Below are positions 19,957 through 29,562 of a stretch of DNA of 64,000 nt, piece by piece. Both the position numbers and the translations under genes were made by a program. Source of the DNA: Bacteriovoracia bacterium (GTDB lineage Bacteria; Bdellovibrionota; UBA1018; CAIPTA01); NCBI GenBank assembly GCA_050246755.1, contig JBFWVL010000001.1:160001-224000 (forward strand), given 5' to 3'. Below the pieces are notes generated by a model. The model was given only the letters and a program-made list of their open reading frames with translations. It was not told the DNA's origin and did not search any database. Each line of letters opens with the position of its first letter. Position 1 is the stretch's first letter.

Positions 19957-20142
19957 ATGGGTAATGGAATAGCCAAAGCTTTCGAGTAGTTAAAAGCTGC
20001 GGAGGAAATAGCGGCAGGGAACTTATGAGGAGAAAATTTTTCGAAGCCGTCTCCGCGAAGAGACGGTAGGTGCCGTGAAGCGCACTAGTCGGTTCGCGCG
20101 CCCTAAGTGACCAGCAAAAACAACAATCAAGTAGACCAGCTC

Positions 20143-21295
20143 TTAAACGTCATCCGTATCCGCGCCGGTTTTACGCTCTATCATGCCCTTATCGAAGAGC
20201 AGGAAAGTTTTGATGAAGGGATCGATGGCGCCGTCCAGCACCTCTTCGGCGGAAGAGGTCACTTCGCCGGTGCGGTGATCTTTCACCATCTTATAGGGGT
20301 GCAGCACGTAGGAGCGGATCTGGGACCCCCACTCCACGGCTTTTTTTCCGGCTTCCACGGCGGCCTGCTTGGCGCGCTCTTCCTCTAAATGTTTTTCATA
20401 GAGACGGGCTTTCAGCACCTTCATGGCGGTGGAACGGTTCTTGATCTGCGATCTCTCGTTTTGGCAAACCACCACGAGGCCGGAGGGAAAGTGGGTGATC
20501 CGCACCGCGGAGTCGGTGGTATTCACGCCCTGGCCCCCGGAGCCGCCGGAACGGAATACGTCCACGCGGATATCGGTTTCCTTCACTTCGATTTCTACGT
20601 CGTCGTCTACCTCGGGATACACGTAGGCCGAGGCGAAGCTGGTATGGCGGCGCTTATTGGAATCGAAGGGAGAAATTCTCACGAGGCGGTGCACGCCGGC
20701 TTCGGCGCGCAAGAGCCCGTAGGCATTCAGGCCGGAAACGAGCACGGTGGCGCTCTTGATGCCGGCCTCTTCGCCCTCCGAAACCTCCACGATTTCTTTC
20801 TTAAAACCTTTTTTCTCGCACCAGCGCAGGTACATGCGGAGAAGCATCTTGGCCCAGTCCTGGGATTCGGTGCCGCCGGCGCCGGAATTGATATTAAGGA
20901 AGGCGTTGCGCCCGTCGTTCTCGCCGCTCAGTAGGGTACGGCCCTCCATCTCGTCCACTTTTCCGCGGATCACGTCGATGGAGGAAGAAAGCTCCTGGAG
21001 AAGGGAGGCATCTTTAGGATCTTCTTCGGCAAGTTCCACGAGGGCGAGAGCATCGTCCACGAGGGAGCGGAGGGAACCGTATTCTTTTAAGGTGTCGGAG
21101 ATCTGCGCTTTCTCGCGCTGGATCGCCTGGGCTTTGCGGTTATCGTTCCAAAAAGTGGGATCGGCTTCGCGGGCCTGGATATCGCCTAGGCGGCGTTCTT
21201 TGGTCTCGACGTCAAAGCGACCTCCCGAGAGCCTCTAATTTGCTCTTCTGGGATTCGATCGTTGATTTACAGTCTTTTAAGCTGATCTCTTGCAT
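20143..21295 (-). CDS. prfB: peptide chain release factor 2 with programmed +1 frameshift
   Basis: SPF and GGQ motifs; a 27-codon first frame from ATG 21295 ends GGGAGG-TCG-CTT-TGA-C. Confidence 0.97.
21211..21226 (-). promoter_or_regulatory. RF2 +1 frameshift cassette
   Basis: Internal SD GGGAGG 3 nt before CTT TGA C. Confidence 0.95.
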
Positions 21296-21372
21296 CGGGG
21301 GAATATACTCCCTTTTGCCCTTCCTGCACTAGCCACTTTCCACAAAGGCGGGCCTGGATTAAGGTAGAGCCC

Positions 21373-22467
21373 ATGATCATCCTCACCGGAGCAGCGGGTT
21401 TCATCGGCAGCCATGTGGCAGGGCAGCTAGAGCGCGACCACCGGATGCTGCTCGTAGACAAACCGGAGCATTTTCGCGAGCGGCCTTACCTGCACCTCGA
21501 CGAAGCCGACCTTTCCGACTGGATGCGCGGAAACCATTCCCGTCCTAGCCGCTTCAAGATCGTGGACCGCGCTTATTTTCCCAAAATTCTCGATACGATC
21601 GCCCCCGCGGCTCCGGCCGGAAATCCTCAAGCGAAGGAACACGTGCTGCTTCCTCCCGGCGAAAAAATCGAATGGGTGATCCACCTCGGGGCCTGCACGA
21701 ACACGGGCGAAACCCGCAAAGATTTCCTCGACGAATGGAACGTGGAATACACGAAAAAAATCTGGAACTGGTGCACCGAGCATAAAGTTCCCCTCATCTA
21801 CGCGAGCAGTGGTGCCACCTACGGCAACGGCGAAGCGGGATTTTCAGATTCTTGGGAAACGGCCGAGAAATTAAAGCCCATGAATCCCTACGGGCAATCG
21901 AAGCAAGACTTCGACCTCTGGGCCCACGGCGAAGTGAAGGCCGGGCGTACCCCGCCCCACTGGTACGGCCTGAAGTTTTTCAACGTTTACGGCCCCCAAG
22001 AAGGCCACAAAGGACGCATGGCCTCGGCGGTGCTGCACTCCTTCCGCCAAATCCAGCGCACCGGCGCCTGCAAGCTTTTCAGATCGCATAACGAAGCGGT
22101 GAAAGACGGTGAGCAAAGCCGTGATTTCATCCACGTGCACGATATCGTGAACCTGATCCGTTTCTTTATGCAAAAACTTCCACCCTCGGCCCTCTATAAC
22201 TGTGGCACCGGCAAAGCCCGCACCTTCCGCGATCTCGTGGAAGCGATTTTCGTTTCCCTGGATAAGCCCGTGCAGATCGAGTGGACCGAAACCCCGCCCC
22301 AGTTCCGCAAGGCCTACCAGTATTTCACCGAGGCCGACATGAGCCGCGTGCGAGAGGCGGGCTATAGGTCCAGTTTCATCGCACTCGAAGACGGCGTGGA
22401 CCAATACGTGGAGTGGCTGAAAGAAAACGACACCACTGAAGCCGTGCTGCCTAAGAACTTTCAGTGA
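21373..22467 (+). CDS. hldD: ADP-L-glycero-D-manno-heptose 6-epimerase
   Basis: TGAAGFIGS, HLGAC, YASSGATYG, YGQSK, FFNVYGP.E.HKGRMAS, YQYFTEAD. Confidence 0.93.
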   Translation: MIILTGAAGFIGSHVAGQLERDHRMLLVDKPEHFRERPYLHLDEADLSDWMRGNHSRPSRFKIVDRAYFPKILDTIAPAAPAGNPQAKEHVLLPPGEKIEWVIHLGACTNTGETRKDFLDEWNVEYTKKIWNWCTEHKVPLIYASSGATYGNGEAGFSDSWETAEKLKPMNPYGQSKQDFDLWAHGEVKAGRTPPHWYGLKFFNVYGPQEGHKGRMASAVLHSFRQIQRTGACKLFRSHNEAVKDGEQSRDFIHVHDIVNLIRFFMQKLPPSALYNCGTGKARTFRDLVEAIFVSLDKPVQIEWTETPPQFRKAYQYFTEADMSRVREAGYRSSFIALEDGVDQYVEWLKENDTTEAVLPKNFQ

Positions 22468-22563
22468 GCCTTTACTCGGCGCGTTGGATTTATACCATTT
22501 AGTGGGCCGCGAGAATTCCTTGAACTCAGGCCCGATTTCGCATAAGTTTTCCGAAGTTTCAGG

Positions 22564-22639
22564 GGGCGCTTAGCTCAGTTGGTAGAGCACCTGCTTTGCA
22601 AGCAGGGGGCCATCGGTTCGATCCCGTTAGCGTCCACCA
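22564..22639 (+). tRNA. tRNA-Ala(TGC)
   Basis: Cloverleaf with G3-U70 pair, TGC anticodon, GGTTCGA T-loop, encoded CCA. Confidence 0.97.
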
Positions 22640-22641
22640 TT

Positions 22642-22686
22642 AAAAAATCCGACCTAGCTTTTGGCTGAGTCGGATTTTTTATTTTT
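22642..22686 (+). terminator. terminator after tRNA-Ala
   Basis: aaaaaatccgac...gtcggatttttt. Confidence 0.8.
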
Positions 22687-22720
22687 GTCCCTAGAGAATC
22701 AAGCATGGTAGGGAAATCCC

Positions 22721-23737
22721 ATGACGCAAAATCTTCCAATCCTAGAGTTTCTCTTAAAAAATTATAAAAATTTCAATTCGCGGGCCACGCGCGACGCCAC
22801 CCTCGCTTACTGGAAACATATCGAAGGCGGCGGGAAGATGTATTGGTCGGTAGCGGGCGCCATGTCTTCGGCCCAGCTGGGGATCACCCTCGCTCCTGCC
22901 ATCCGCGCCGGATTGATCCACGGCCTCTCCGTTACGGGCGCCAACTTAGAAGAGTCGCTTTTCCGCCTGGTGGCGCACCATAGCTATAAAGACTTCCCCG
23001 AATACCGCTACATGACCAAAGAGGACGATACCAAAATCCTCGAGCAGCGCATGCGCCGGGTAACCGACACGAGCATTCCCGAAGACGAAGCGTTCCGCGC
23101 CGTGGAAAAATATATCGTGCCGATGTGGACCGAAGCCTCCACGAAGGGCACGCGCCGCTTCTGGCACGAGTATTTTTACGAGGTGATCCAGAAAATCGAT
23201 TCCAAGATCTTCGAAGGCAATCCGGATGAATGCTGGCTGCTCGCCGCGGCCAAGGCCAAACTCCCCCTCGTGGTGCCCGGCTATGAAGATTCCACCTTCG
23301 GCAATATTTTTGCGTCGTACGTGAAAACGGGCGAATGCCAAGCCTCGGTGGCCAAATCCGGCATCGAGTACATGGGCCAGCTCTACGACGATTATCGCGA
23401 GATGAGCTCCGGCAAGGGCGTTGGATTCTTCCAAATCGGGGGCGGCATCGCGGGCGACTTCCCCATCTGCGTGGTGCCCTCGATCAAATACGATCTCAGC
23501 CAACCCGTGAAGCCTTGGGCTTACTTCTGCCAGATTTCGGATTCCACCACTTCGTATGGTTCCTACTCCGGCGCCACGCCGAATGAAAAAATAACCTGGG
23601 ATAAACTCACCCAGAACACCCCCATGTTCGTGGTGGAATCGGATGCCACCATTGTGGTGCCCTTGATGCTGAGCGCATTGCTGGAAGCCAAACAGAATCC
23701 GCAAGGAGCTAACGCGCTGATCGCGAAATTGAAGTAA
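22721..23737 (+). CDS. deoxyhypusine synthase-like protein (probably polyamine/homospermidine synthesis)
   Basis: TGANLEE, DSTFG, IGGG, SGATPNEKITW.K with the active-site Lys, ESDATI. Confidence 0.9.
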   Translation: MTQNLPILEFLLKNYKNFNSRATRDATLAYWKHIEGGGKMYWSVAGAMSSAQLGITLAPAIRAGLIHGLSVTGANLEESLFRLVAHHSYKDFPEYRYMTKEDDTKILEQRMRRVTDTSIPEDEAFRAVEKYIVPMWTEASTKGTRRFWHEYFYEVIQKIDSKIFEGNPDECWLLAAAKAKLPLVVPGYEDSTFGNIFASYVKTGECQASVAKSGIEYMGQLYDDYREMSSGKGVGFFQIGGGIAGDFPICVVPSIKYDLSQPVKPWAYFCQISDSTTSYGSYSGATPNEKITWDKLTQNTPMFVVESDATIVVPLMLSALLEAKQNPQGANALIAKLK

Positions 23738-23753
23738 TTCTAGCTAGCCAGAC

Positions 23754-24206
23754 CTAATCGCATTTATAGCTGGCGTCACCCGGAATCTTCGCTTCGTAGG
23801 CCTTTAGCTGGGGCTGAAACCCTTCGAGCTGCTGCACGCATTCCTTCATCTCGAGCAGTCGCGCCCCGGGCAGGGCTTTTTCCACGTCGGCCTTCGTGGC
23901 TTTGATTTTTTCGCGGAAGTCTTTGGCGAGCGTAGCTAAGCCCACCTGCGAGGAACGCATATTGGTGATCGCCGCGGGATTCTCTTTGTGGGTTTGGTAA
24001 TAGATGCAGGCACTGCGGAAATCTACCTCCCCTTTATTCACCTTCGCGGCCAAACCGGGAAGATCCGCGTGGTTTCGCGCGATCTTGGTCACGATCGGCG
24101 AAACTCCCACGAGTTTGGAGCAAGGCCGTCCGTCGACGCCCGCAAAGCAAAACGTGGGGATAAGAATTAGAAAAGAGAGTACGAAAGACTTTGCCGTTGG
24201 GATCAT
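23754..24206 (-). CDS. secreted hypothetical protein
   Basis: GGAGG RBS, signal peptide, Cys pairs. Confidence 0.75.
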   Translation of the reverse strand: MIPTAKSFVLSFLILIPTFCFAGVDGRPCSKLVGVSPIVTKIARNHADLPGLAAKVNKGEVDFRSACIYYQTHKENPAAITNMRSSQVGLATLAKDFREKIKATKADVEKALPGARLLEMKECVQQLEGFQPQLKAYEAKIPGDASYKCD

Positions 24207-24230
24207 GGGCCACCTCCGAGGAATTGTACC

Positions 24231-24662
24231 CTAATCCACCGAAAAAATAACCCGCACTCCGGGATCGCGAACGGCCCCGCTCACGTAACCGATCCCGCCC
24301 TTATTTTCGCGCACGTACTGCAAGATTTCCTTCTCGCTACTTAGGGCGCGGGGAGGAGTTCCGGCACCGGTAAAGATCGTAGTGGACCAGTAGAGCTTCA
24401 TATCCATGTCGGATTTTTCGAAAAATTTCTTATAAAAAAGGTTCCGCACGGCATCGCCTTCGGGCAGATCCACCGGCTTGGCGGTAAGCCCTTCCGCGAA
24501 TTGGCGGATTTTTCCCAGAAAAATATTCTTCACCCGCTCCTGATCGAGCGAGACGGAATTTTCGGCATTCACGATCACGTCGATCCGCGCGTGGGCCTGA
24601 GCCGCAGCCAGAAAAATTCCCGCCAGCAACAGAGAGAAAAAACTTCTTTTAATGATAGGCAA
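24231..24662 (-). CDS. small PstS-like periplasmic protein
   Basis: VIVN..N..L....V.NIFLGK, YW...IFTG.G.PP, GIGYV. Confidence 0.82.
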   Translation of the reverse strand: MPIIKRSFFSLLLAGIFLAAAQAHARIDVIVNAENSVSLDQERVKNIFLGKIRQFAEGLTAKPVDLPEGDAVRNLFYKKFFEKSDMDMKLYWSTTIFTGAGTPPRALSSEKEILQYVRENKGGIGYVSGAVRDPGVRVIFSVD

Positions 24663-24677
24663 GCTTCCCTCTTTTCC

Positions 24678-25772
24678 CTAAAAAACGAAATCCGCCGAAG
24701 CGGTTACGGTGTTTACGCGATAGTTGAGGCTATTATCCACGAAGCGGAAGCCGGTGCGCATGAATTCGGCTTTCAATACGGTGGAGAGGCCGAGACGGAA
24801 GTTCAAGCCCCCGCTGTAGGCATACGTGCTCGTCAAATAGGTTCTGGGCGTAGGTACGGCCACGCTCGGATGCCCACTCATGGTGGCAGAGATGGAATCG
24901 CGCCAGGCGCCGGAAATATAGGGCGTGAATACCGGAGTTACGTGATAACCAAATGTTGTGTATCCAGCGGTGGTGGAATCCAGGATCCCGCTGTTACCGA
25001 GCGCGCGGATGCCCTCGGCGATCACCAAAAATTTACTGGAATCGTAGCTCGCCCCGGCGGTGAATACCTGCAAAAACTTCAAATCGGAGGACGGAAGCGA
25101 GGGGCTGAAATAAACTTTCGAATGGTTGGAAGAATTATAGTGAAGGTGGAATTTAAAATCATTTACCGTGAGGGTGGCCGCCGCCCCCTTCAGGGCGTTG
25201 GCCGAGGTGGTGATATCGCTCGGCGCTCCCCCCGCGCTGAGGCCGGGGAGCACTAGCTCGCCGCCGCCGGCGAATGCCTGAACCACGAGCTGGGCCTTGC
25301 CGAAAAATACGGTATAAAGAGCCGAAACCCCGTTCACCGATTTTACCGGAAACGTTCCGTAAACCTGGTGCGGGAGGCGGGCCCAGATATAGGTATAGCC
25401 GACATCTGTTTGCTCGGAAAAAATAAACGCGGGAATAATTTGCCGCCCCATCCGGAAAGACCAATGCTCGGTGGCCCGGTAAGTAAGGAATAGCCAGTCG
25501 GCCCGGAGGTTATAATATCCGCCGCCGGCGCCGCGGGCCACGATCTGGCTGGCGAAGCTCAGCTTTTCGCCCAGCTCTGAGCTTAGGTTGAGCCCGAGCC
25601 GGCTTTCTTCGTCGAAGCCTATCGTTTTCCCCCGGTTGCCAATGCTATTTACGGCGTAATCGCTATTGCTCTGGGAGGTTACTAAGTCCCCGAACCCGTG
25701 AATATTGATTTCCGCCTTGGCGGGAGAGGCGAAGAAAATTAAAGCCAAAAAAACGAATAGATTGGATTTCAT
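24678..25772 (-). CDS. outer-membrane porin-like beta-barrel
   Basis: Signal peptide, SRLGLNL, DWLFLTY, VGYTYIW.R.P..VY, C-terminal Phe. Confidence 0.8.
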   Translation of the reverse strand: MKSNLFVFLALIFFASPAKAEINIHGFGDLVTSQSNSDYAVNSIGNRGKTIGFDEESRLGLNLSSELGEKLSFASQIVARGAGGGYYNLRADWLFLTYRATEHWSFRMGRQIIPAFIFSEQTDVGYTYIWARLPHQVYGTFPVKSVNGVSALYTVFFGKAQLVVQAFAGGGELVLPGLSAGGAPSDITTSANALKGAAATLTVNDFKFHLHYNSSNHSKVYFSPSLPSSDLKFLQVFTAGASYDSSKFLVIAEGIRALGNSGILDSTTAGYTTFGYHVTPVFTPYISGAWRDSISATMSGHPSVAVPTPRTYLTSTYAYSGGLNFRLGLSTVLKAEFMRTGFRFVDNSLNYRVNTVTASADFVF

Positions 25773-25899
25773 AAAGGCGGCTCTCCATTTAGCCATTTCA
25801 ACCAGGCCTTTAGCATCTCAATGAGCACGGCATTATGTAAATGATCAATTGTGGGCAACTACCATTCAAGAAGGTAAGCCTCCTTTCCGAAACGCCAGT

Positions 25900-27279
25900 A
25901 TGCGACAGCTGAGATCCTTCATCACGAATACCGCCCTACGTACTTGGTCTACCGGCGTAATGCGTTACATTCACTATCTTGGACTAGCTTTTGCCGTGTT
26001 TATGCTGGTGAGCGCGCGCCGTTCTTCGCAGGAAACAGACCAGACGCTGAGCCACTCCGCCTACAAGCAGCAAAACTTACGCAGCATCCTCTGGGTAAAT
26101 TTACTTATTCAGCGCTCTACGAGCTTGGCGCTTACCGCTAACCAGGTAAAGGATCCCTCCTACCTCGACCGGGCAAAGACCATCGCCGACTCGCTCGAGC
26201 GTCCGATCTCCAATATCGGCGCCAACGCCAAGTTCGAGCCCCTCACCGACATGCGGGCAGTGGTTCAGCAGAATGGAATCGAGTTTAGGGAATCCCTCGC
26301 GAAATACCTCGCGCGCCAGGCGGACTCCTCCCAACTCTCCGCCGACGTGGACCGTATCGGCGCCCAGCTCAACCAGCTCGAAAGCGAGGAGTGGTATAAG
26401 CTGAATGAACAAAATACCCTCCTGCTCAGCAATATTCACCACGATCACGTGAAGCTCATGATCATGCTCGGGATCTTCGTGGCCTACCTTGCCCTCCTAG
26501 GCTGGATCCTTAAGCAAAAAGAAAAAGCCGAGTCCGCCCTCCACGATGCGGAAGCCAAGATGCTGAATTCGGCTAAAATCTCCGCCCTCGGGGAAATGGC
26601 CGGCGGCGTGGCACACGAAATCAACAACCCCCTCGCCACCATCAGCCTCCTCAATGAGCAGGTAATCGAGGTGCTCCAGGAGAAAGCAGCCGATAATTCT
26701 TTGGCCCTCGAGATGCTGCAAAAAGTGACCAAAACTGTGGCGCGGATCAGCGCCATCGTGCAGGGCCTACGCACTTTCTCCCGCGACGGCAGCCAGGATC
26801 CTTTCGTGGCCACCCGGGTGATCGAGATCGTGGAGTCCACGCTATCTCTCTGCCAAGAAAAATTTAAGAACAACGGCATTCAAGTGACCGTAACCATCGA
26901 GCCCGAAAACCTATCCATCAAATGCCGCCGGGTGCAGCTCTCGCAAGTGCTGCTGAACCTCTTCAATAACTCCTGCGACGCGATCAGTAACCTGCCGGAA
27001 AAATGGATTAAGATTTCCGCCACCGCGCACGCAGGAACATTGCAGCTCGCGGTAACAGATAGCGGCGCCGGGATTCCCGAGGCGGTTAGCCAAAAGATCT
27101 TCAATCCCTTCTTCACCACCAAAGAGATCGGCAAGGGCACCGGCTTGGGGCTAAGCATTTCCAAGGGAATCGTGGATGCCCACCAAGGTAAGATCTTCGT
27201 GGACCGCACCTGCCCTAATACCCGGCTCGTGCTCGAGCTGCCGCTGCTAGACCCCCAGGGCGAAAAAAGCGTAGCCTAA
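25900..27279 (+). CDS. sensor histidine kinase (NtrB-like)
   Basis: LGEMAGGVAHEINNPL, D.GAGI, FFTTK..GKGTGLGL; start uncertain (25849, 25900 or later). Confidence 0.9.
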   Translation: MRQLRSFITNTALRTWSTGVMRYIHYLGLAFAVFMLVSARRSSQETDQTLSHSAYKQQNLRSILWVNLLIQRSTSLALTANQVKDPSYLDRAKTIADSLERPISNIGANAKFEPLTDMRAVVQQNGIEFRESLAKYLARQADSSQLSADVDRIGAQLNQLESEEWYKLNEQNTLLLSNIHHDHVKLMIMLGIFVAYLALLGWILKQKEKAESALHDAEAKMLNSAKISALGEMAGGVAHEINNPLATISLLNEQVIEVLQEKAADNSLALEMLQKVTKTVARISAIVQGLRTFSRDGSQDPFVATRVIEIVESTLSLCQEKFKNNGIQVTVTIEPENLSIKCRRVQLSQVLLNLFNNSCDAISNLPEKWIKISATAHAGTLQLAVTDSGAGIPEAVSQKIFNPFFTTKEIGKGTGLGLSISKGIVDAHQGKIFVDRTCPNTRLVLELPLLDPQGEKSVA

Positions 27280-27320
27280 GGCTAGGCAGCTCTTCATTCG
27301 CTGGGAAATATGGGCGAAAA

Positions 27321-28445
27321 ATGCGAAAATCGCTAGAACCTCCCCCTGAAAACGAGACCGGATCGGGGCCTAAATTGCTTTCGAAATATAAAATTCTCGG
27401 GTTCGTGATCGCCTCGTTGCTTTCCGCAAATGCGGGGGCCCTCGAGATCTCCAAGAACAAAGCCGGGCACATTATCCTCAGCGGTATTTCCTGCGAAGAC
27501 ATTCCCGCGCAGAGTAAAGCGCTGAGGCAATGGACCGAAAGCACGGATGCCACCTGCCGTTTCGGGCGCGTGCGTAAGAAGGGAGCGCTCTGCGAAATGG
27601 ATTTGCAGAACTGCTTGCCCGCGCACGTAAAAAAATACCAAGGCGCCAATCCCGCGAAGGATGGGCCTAATTGCTGGAATCTCGCCCTCGTTACCAAAAA
27701 TCTTCTGCCCTATCTGCGCATGTCTTCCAATGAAGAGATGAGCTTCTTCATGAATTCCGGCATGTGCCAGCAAATCGGCAATGGAGCAAAGCCCGCCCCC
27801 GGCGATATCGGCGCGATCCGGAAAAAAGATACCAACTGCCAGCCCGGAGAAGCCGCCTGCGAGGTGCACGGTTTCATCTACGTTTCAGAGCAGCTGGCTT
27901 ACTCAAAAAACAGCCAGGACGCCCTCGACTCCTACGCCCTCCAGGACATTAATCACGTATACTCCATGTACGACGCCGGCCCATTCACGTGCAGCGAAGA
28001 AGGCAATTCCAGCGCCTGCCCCGCTCACCAAATCGATTTTTTCCGCTGCCAATCGTTCCCGGATTTTCTCGCCAAGGCTAAAGCAGCCGCGGAATACCGG
28101 AAGGCTTTCGAAGTCCTCGACTTTGCGGAGTGTAAAGTCTCGGGTGCGTCGATGCGCCCCGTGGTCTTCGACCAAAAAGAAAAAACGAATATCGCCGCCG
28201 CCATCGGAGCGGTCACCGGATTTCTGAACCGGGCCGAGGCGGCCACGAAATCCCCGGACGAAATTTTCCTCTATGAAGCGCTGGGCGTTCGTTTGCGCTC
28301 GATGGCCGAACAAGTAAATTTATTTCCCTACGCCCCGGTGAACCCCGGCTTTCCCAGCGGCAAGCGGCAGCTGGACGAGAAATGGTGGAAAGCGGTGGAT
28401 CCCGATCCGGCCCAGCGGTCCACCCAGGAATGGCCCTTTCCCTAA
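27321..28445 (+). CDS. secreted hypothetical protein with a probable papain/NlpC-P60-like Cys-His dyad
   Basis: GPNCWN, PGDIG, HGFIY motifs; signal peptide ending ANAGA. Confidence 0.6.
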   Translation: MRKSLEPPPENETGSGPKLLSKYKILGFVIASLLSANAGALEISKNKAGHIILSGISCEDIPAQSKALRQWTESTDATCRFGRVRKKGALCEMDLQNCLPAHVKKYQGANPAKDGPNCWNLALVTKNLLPYLRMSSNEEMSFFMNSGMCQQIGNGAKPAPGDIGAIRKKDTNCQPGEAACEVHGFIYVSEQLAYSKNSQDALDSYALQDINHVYSMYDAGPFTCSEEGNSSACPAHQIDFFRCQSFPDFLAKAKAAAEYRKAFEVLDFAECKVSGASMRPVVFDQKEKTNIAAAIGAVTGFLNRAEAATKSPDEIFLYEALGVRLRSMAEQVNLFPYAPVNPGFPSGKRQLDEKWWKAVDPDPAQRSTQEWPFP

Positions 28446-28448
28446 ATT

Positions 28449-28476
28449 TAAAGCAAACCGGCCACTTACCCGATAA
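28449..28476 (+). promoter_or_regulatory. sigma28 (FliA)-type promoter
   Basis: TAAAG-N15-CCCGATAA, 7 nt before ATG. Confidence 0.78.
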
Positions 28477-28483
28477 GCCGTAG

Positions 28484-29410
28484 ATGCCCTATTTCGTAAC
28501 CTTACTCCTATTTTTCGCGGCGCTTTCCGGCCCACCTGCGCACGCAAAAACTTCTTCCGCCGATTGCGTGGATTGCGGCACGAAAAAGAGCAAGGCCGGG
28601 TCGTTTAAAACAAGTTCTATAGAAACGATGATCGACCATCTCAGCGGCATTCCCCCTGCCCTTCCCCAGAAAGTGCAAACCGCCGCGCTCTATGGCGGGC
28701 ATAAGATCGAAGAGATGAAAGCGGGCTACCCCTGGAACGGCATCGGCCGCCTATTTCCCAACGCGAAATCCGGCACGGACTTTTGCACCGCCGTGCGGGT
28801 CAGCGCCTGCCACATCATGAGCGCCGGTCACTGCGCCCGCGACGCGAACGGAAGCTACGAAAAACAGATCACCTACGTTCCGCCCTTCGAAAAGAAGGCG
28901 TACTTCGTGGATAAAGTTCTGGCCGGCGAGGGAAATTTCCTCAAAGACCGTTCGCTGGACTGGGCCGTGATGCGGCTCGAGGATTCGGCGTCGGGGAACC
29001 GCGACGGCTGGATGGGAATTGCCGACACCAAGGGCGGCGAGCTCGTGGGCAAGACCTTCGTGCATTCCGGCTACCATCTGGATCTTTCTCCCAACGCGAA
29101 ATTCGCCTACGTAGACGATCAGGCGAAGGTGATCAAGACCAATAAGGGAATCTTTTCCGGCAACGCCAACCACGTTTTCCTGCGCGCCAACGCCGGCCGC
29201 GGCGGATCGGGCGGGCCGGTATTTCGGCTCGACGATAGCGGCCAGGCCTGGCTCGTTTGCTTGGCGAATGCGGGAGTATCGGTAGAGGGTCAGGGCACCA
29301 CCGCCGTGCTCGGCGCCGACGAAACCGAGCACCTCACCCAGTGCGCGGCCAGCAACGCTTTCTTCGCCAAGGTCCAGCAATTCATGGCAGAAAATCCCTG
29401 TAAGCCCTAA
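28484..29410 (+). CDS. secreted trypsin-like (V8-type) serine protease
   Basis: SAGHC, DWAVMRL and GGSGGP triad motifs; signal peptide. Confidence 0.87.
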   Translation: MPYFVTLLLFFAALSGPPAHAKTSSADCVDCGTKKSKAGSFKTSSIETMIDHLSGIPPALPQKVQTAALYGGHKIEEMKAGYPWNGIGRLFPNAKSGTDFCTAVRVSACHIMSAGHCARDANGSYEKQITYVPPFEKKAYFVDKVLAGEGNFLKDRSLDWAVMRLEDSASGNRDGWMGIADTKGGELVGKTFVHSGYHLDLSPNAKFAYVDDQAKVIKTNKGIFSGNANHVFLRANAGRGGSGGPVFRLDDSGQAWLVCLANAGVSVEGQGTTAVLGADETEHLTQCAASNAFFAKVQQFMAENPCKP

Positions 29411-29562
29411 ACCTGGGGGCAGGCCTGGGCGGCAATAACTAAATTTAGCCACTCCTCCGTTCGCGCATTCCTATTTCTTTTAGAAAATCTGAAAATCGGT
29501 CGATTGATTATATAGTATTTATATATACTTAATAAATCAGGCGATTTAGGGGGGATGGCTAA

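Noticed and set aside
19960-20142. Riboswitch (e.g. c-di-GMP) upstream of the secreted pair
   Set aside because: Only isolated hairpins, no GEMM consensus, and the region lies upstream of the FliA-type promoter
20143-21295. prfB as a frameshifted pseudogene
   Set aside because: The break is the canonical programmed +1 frameshift
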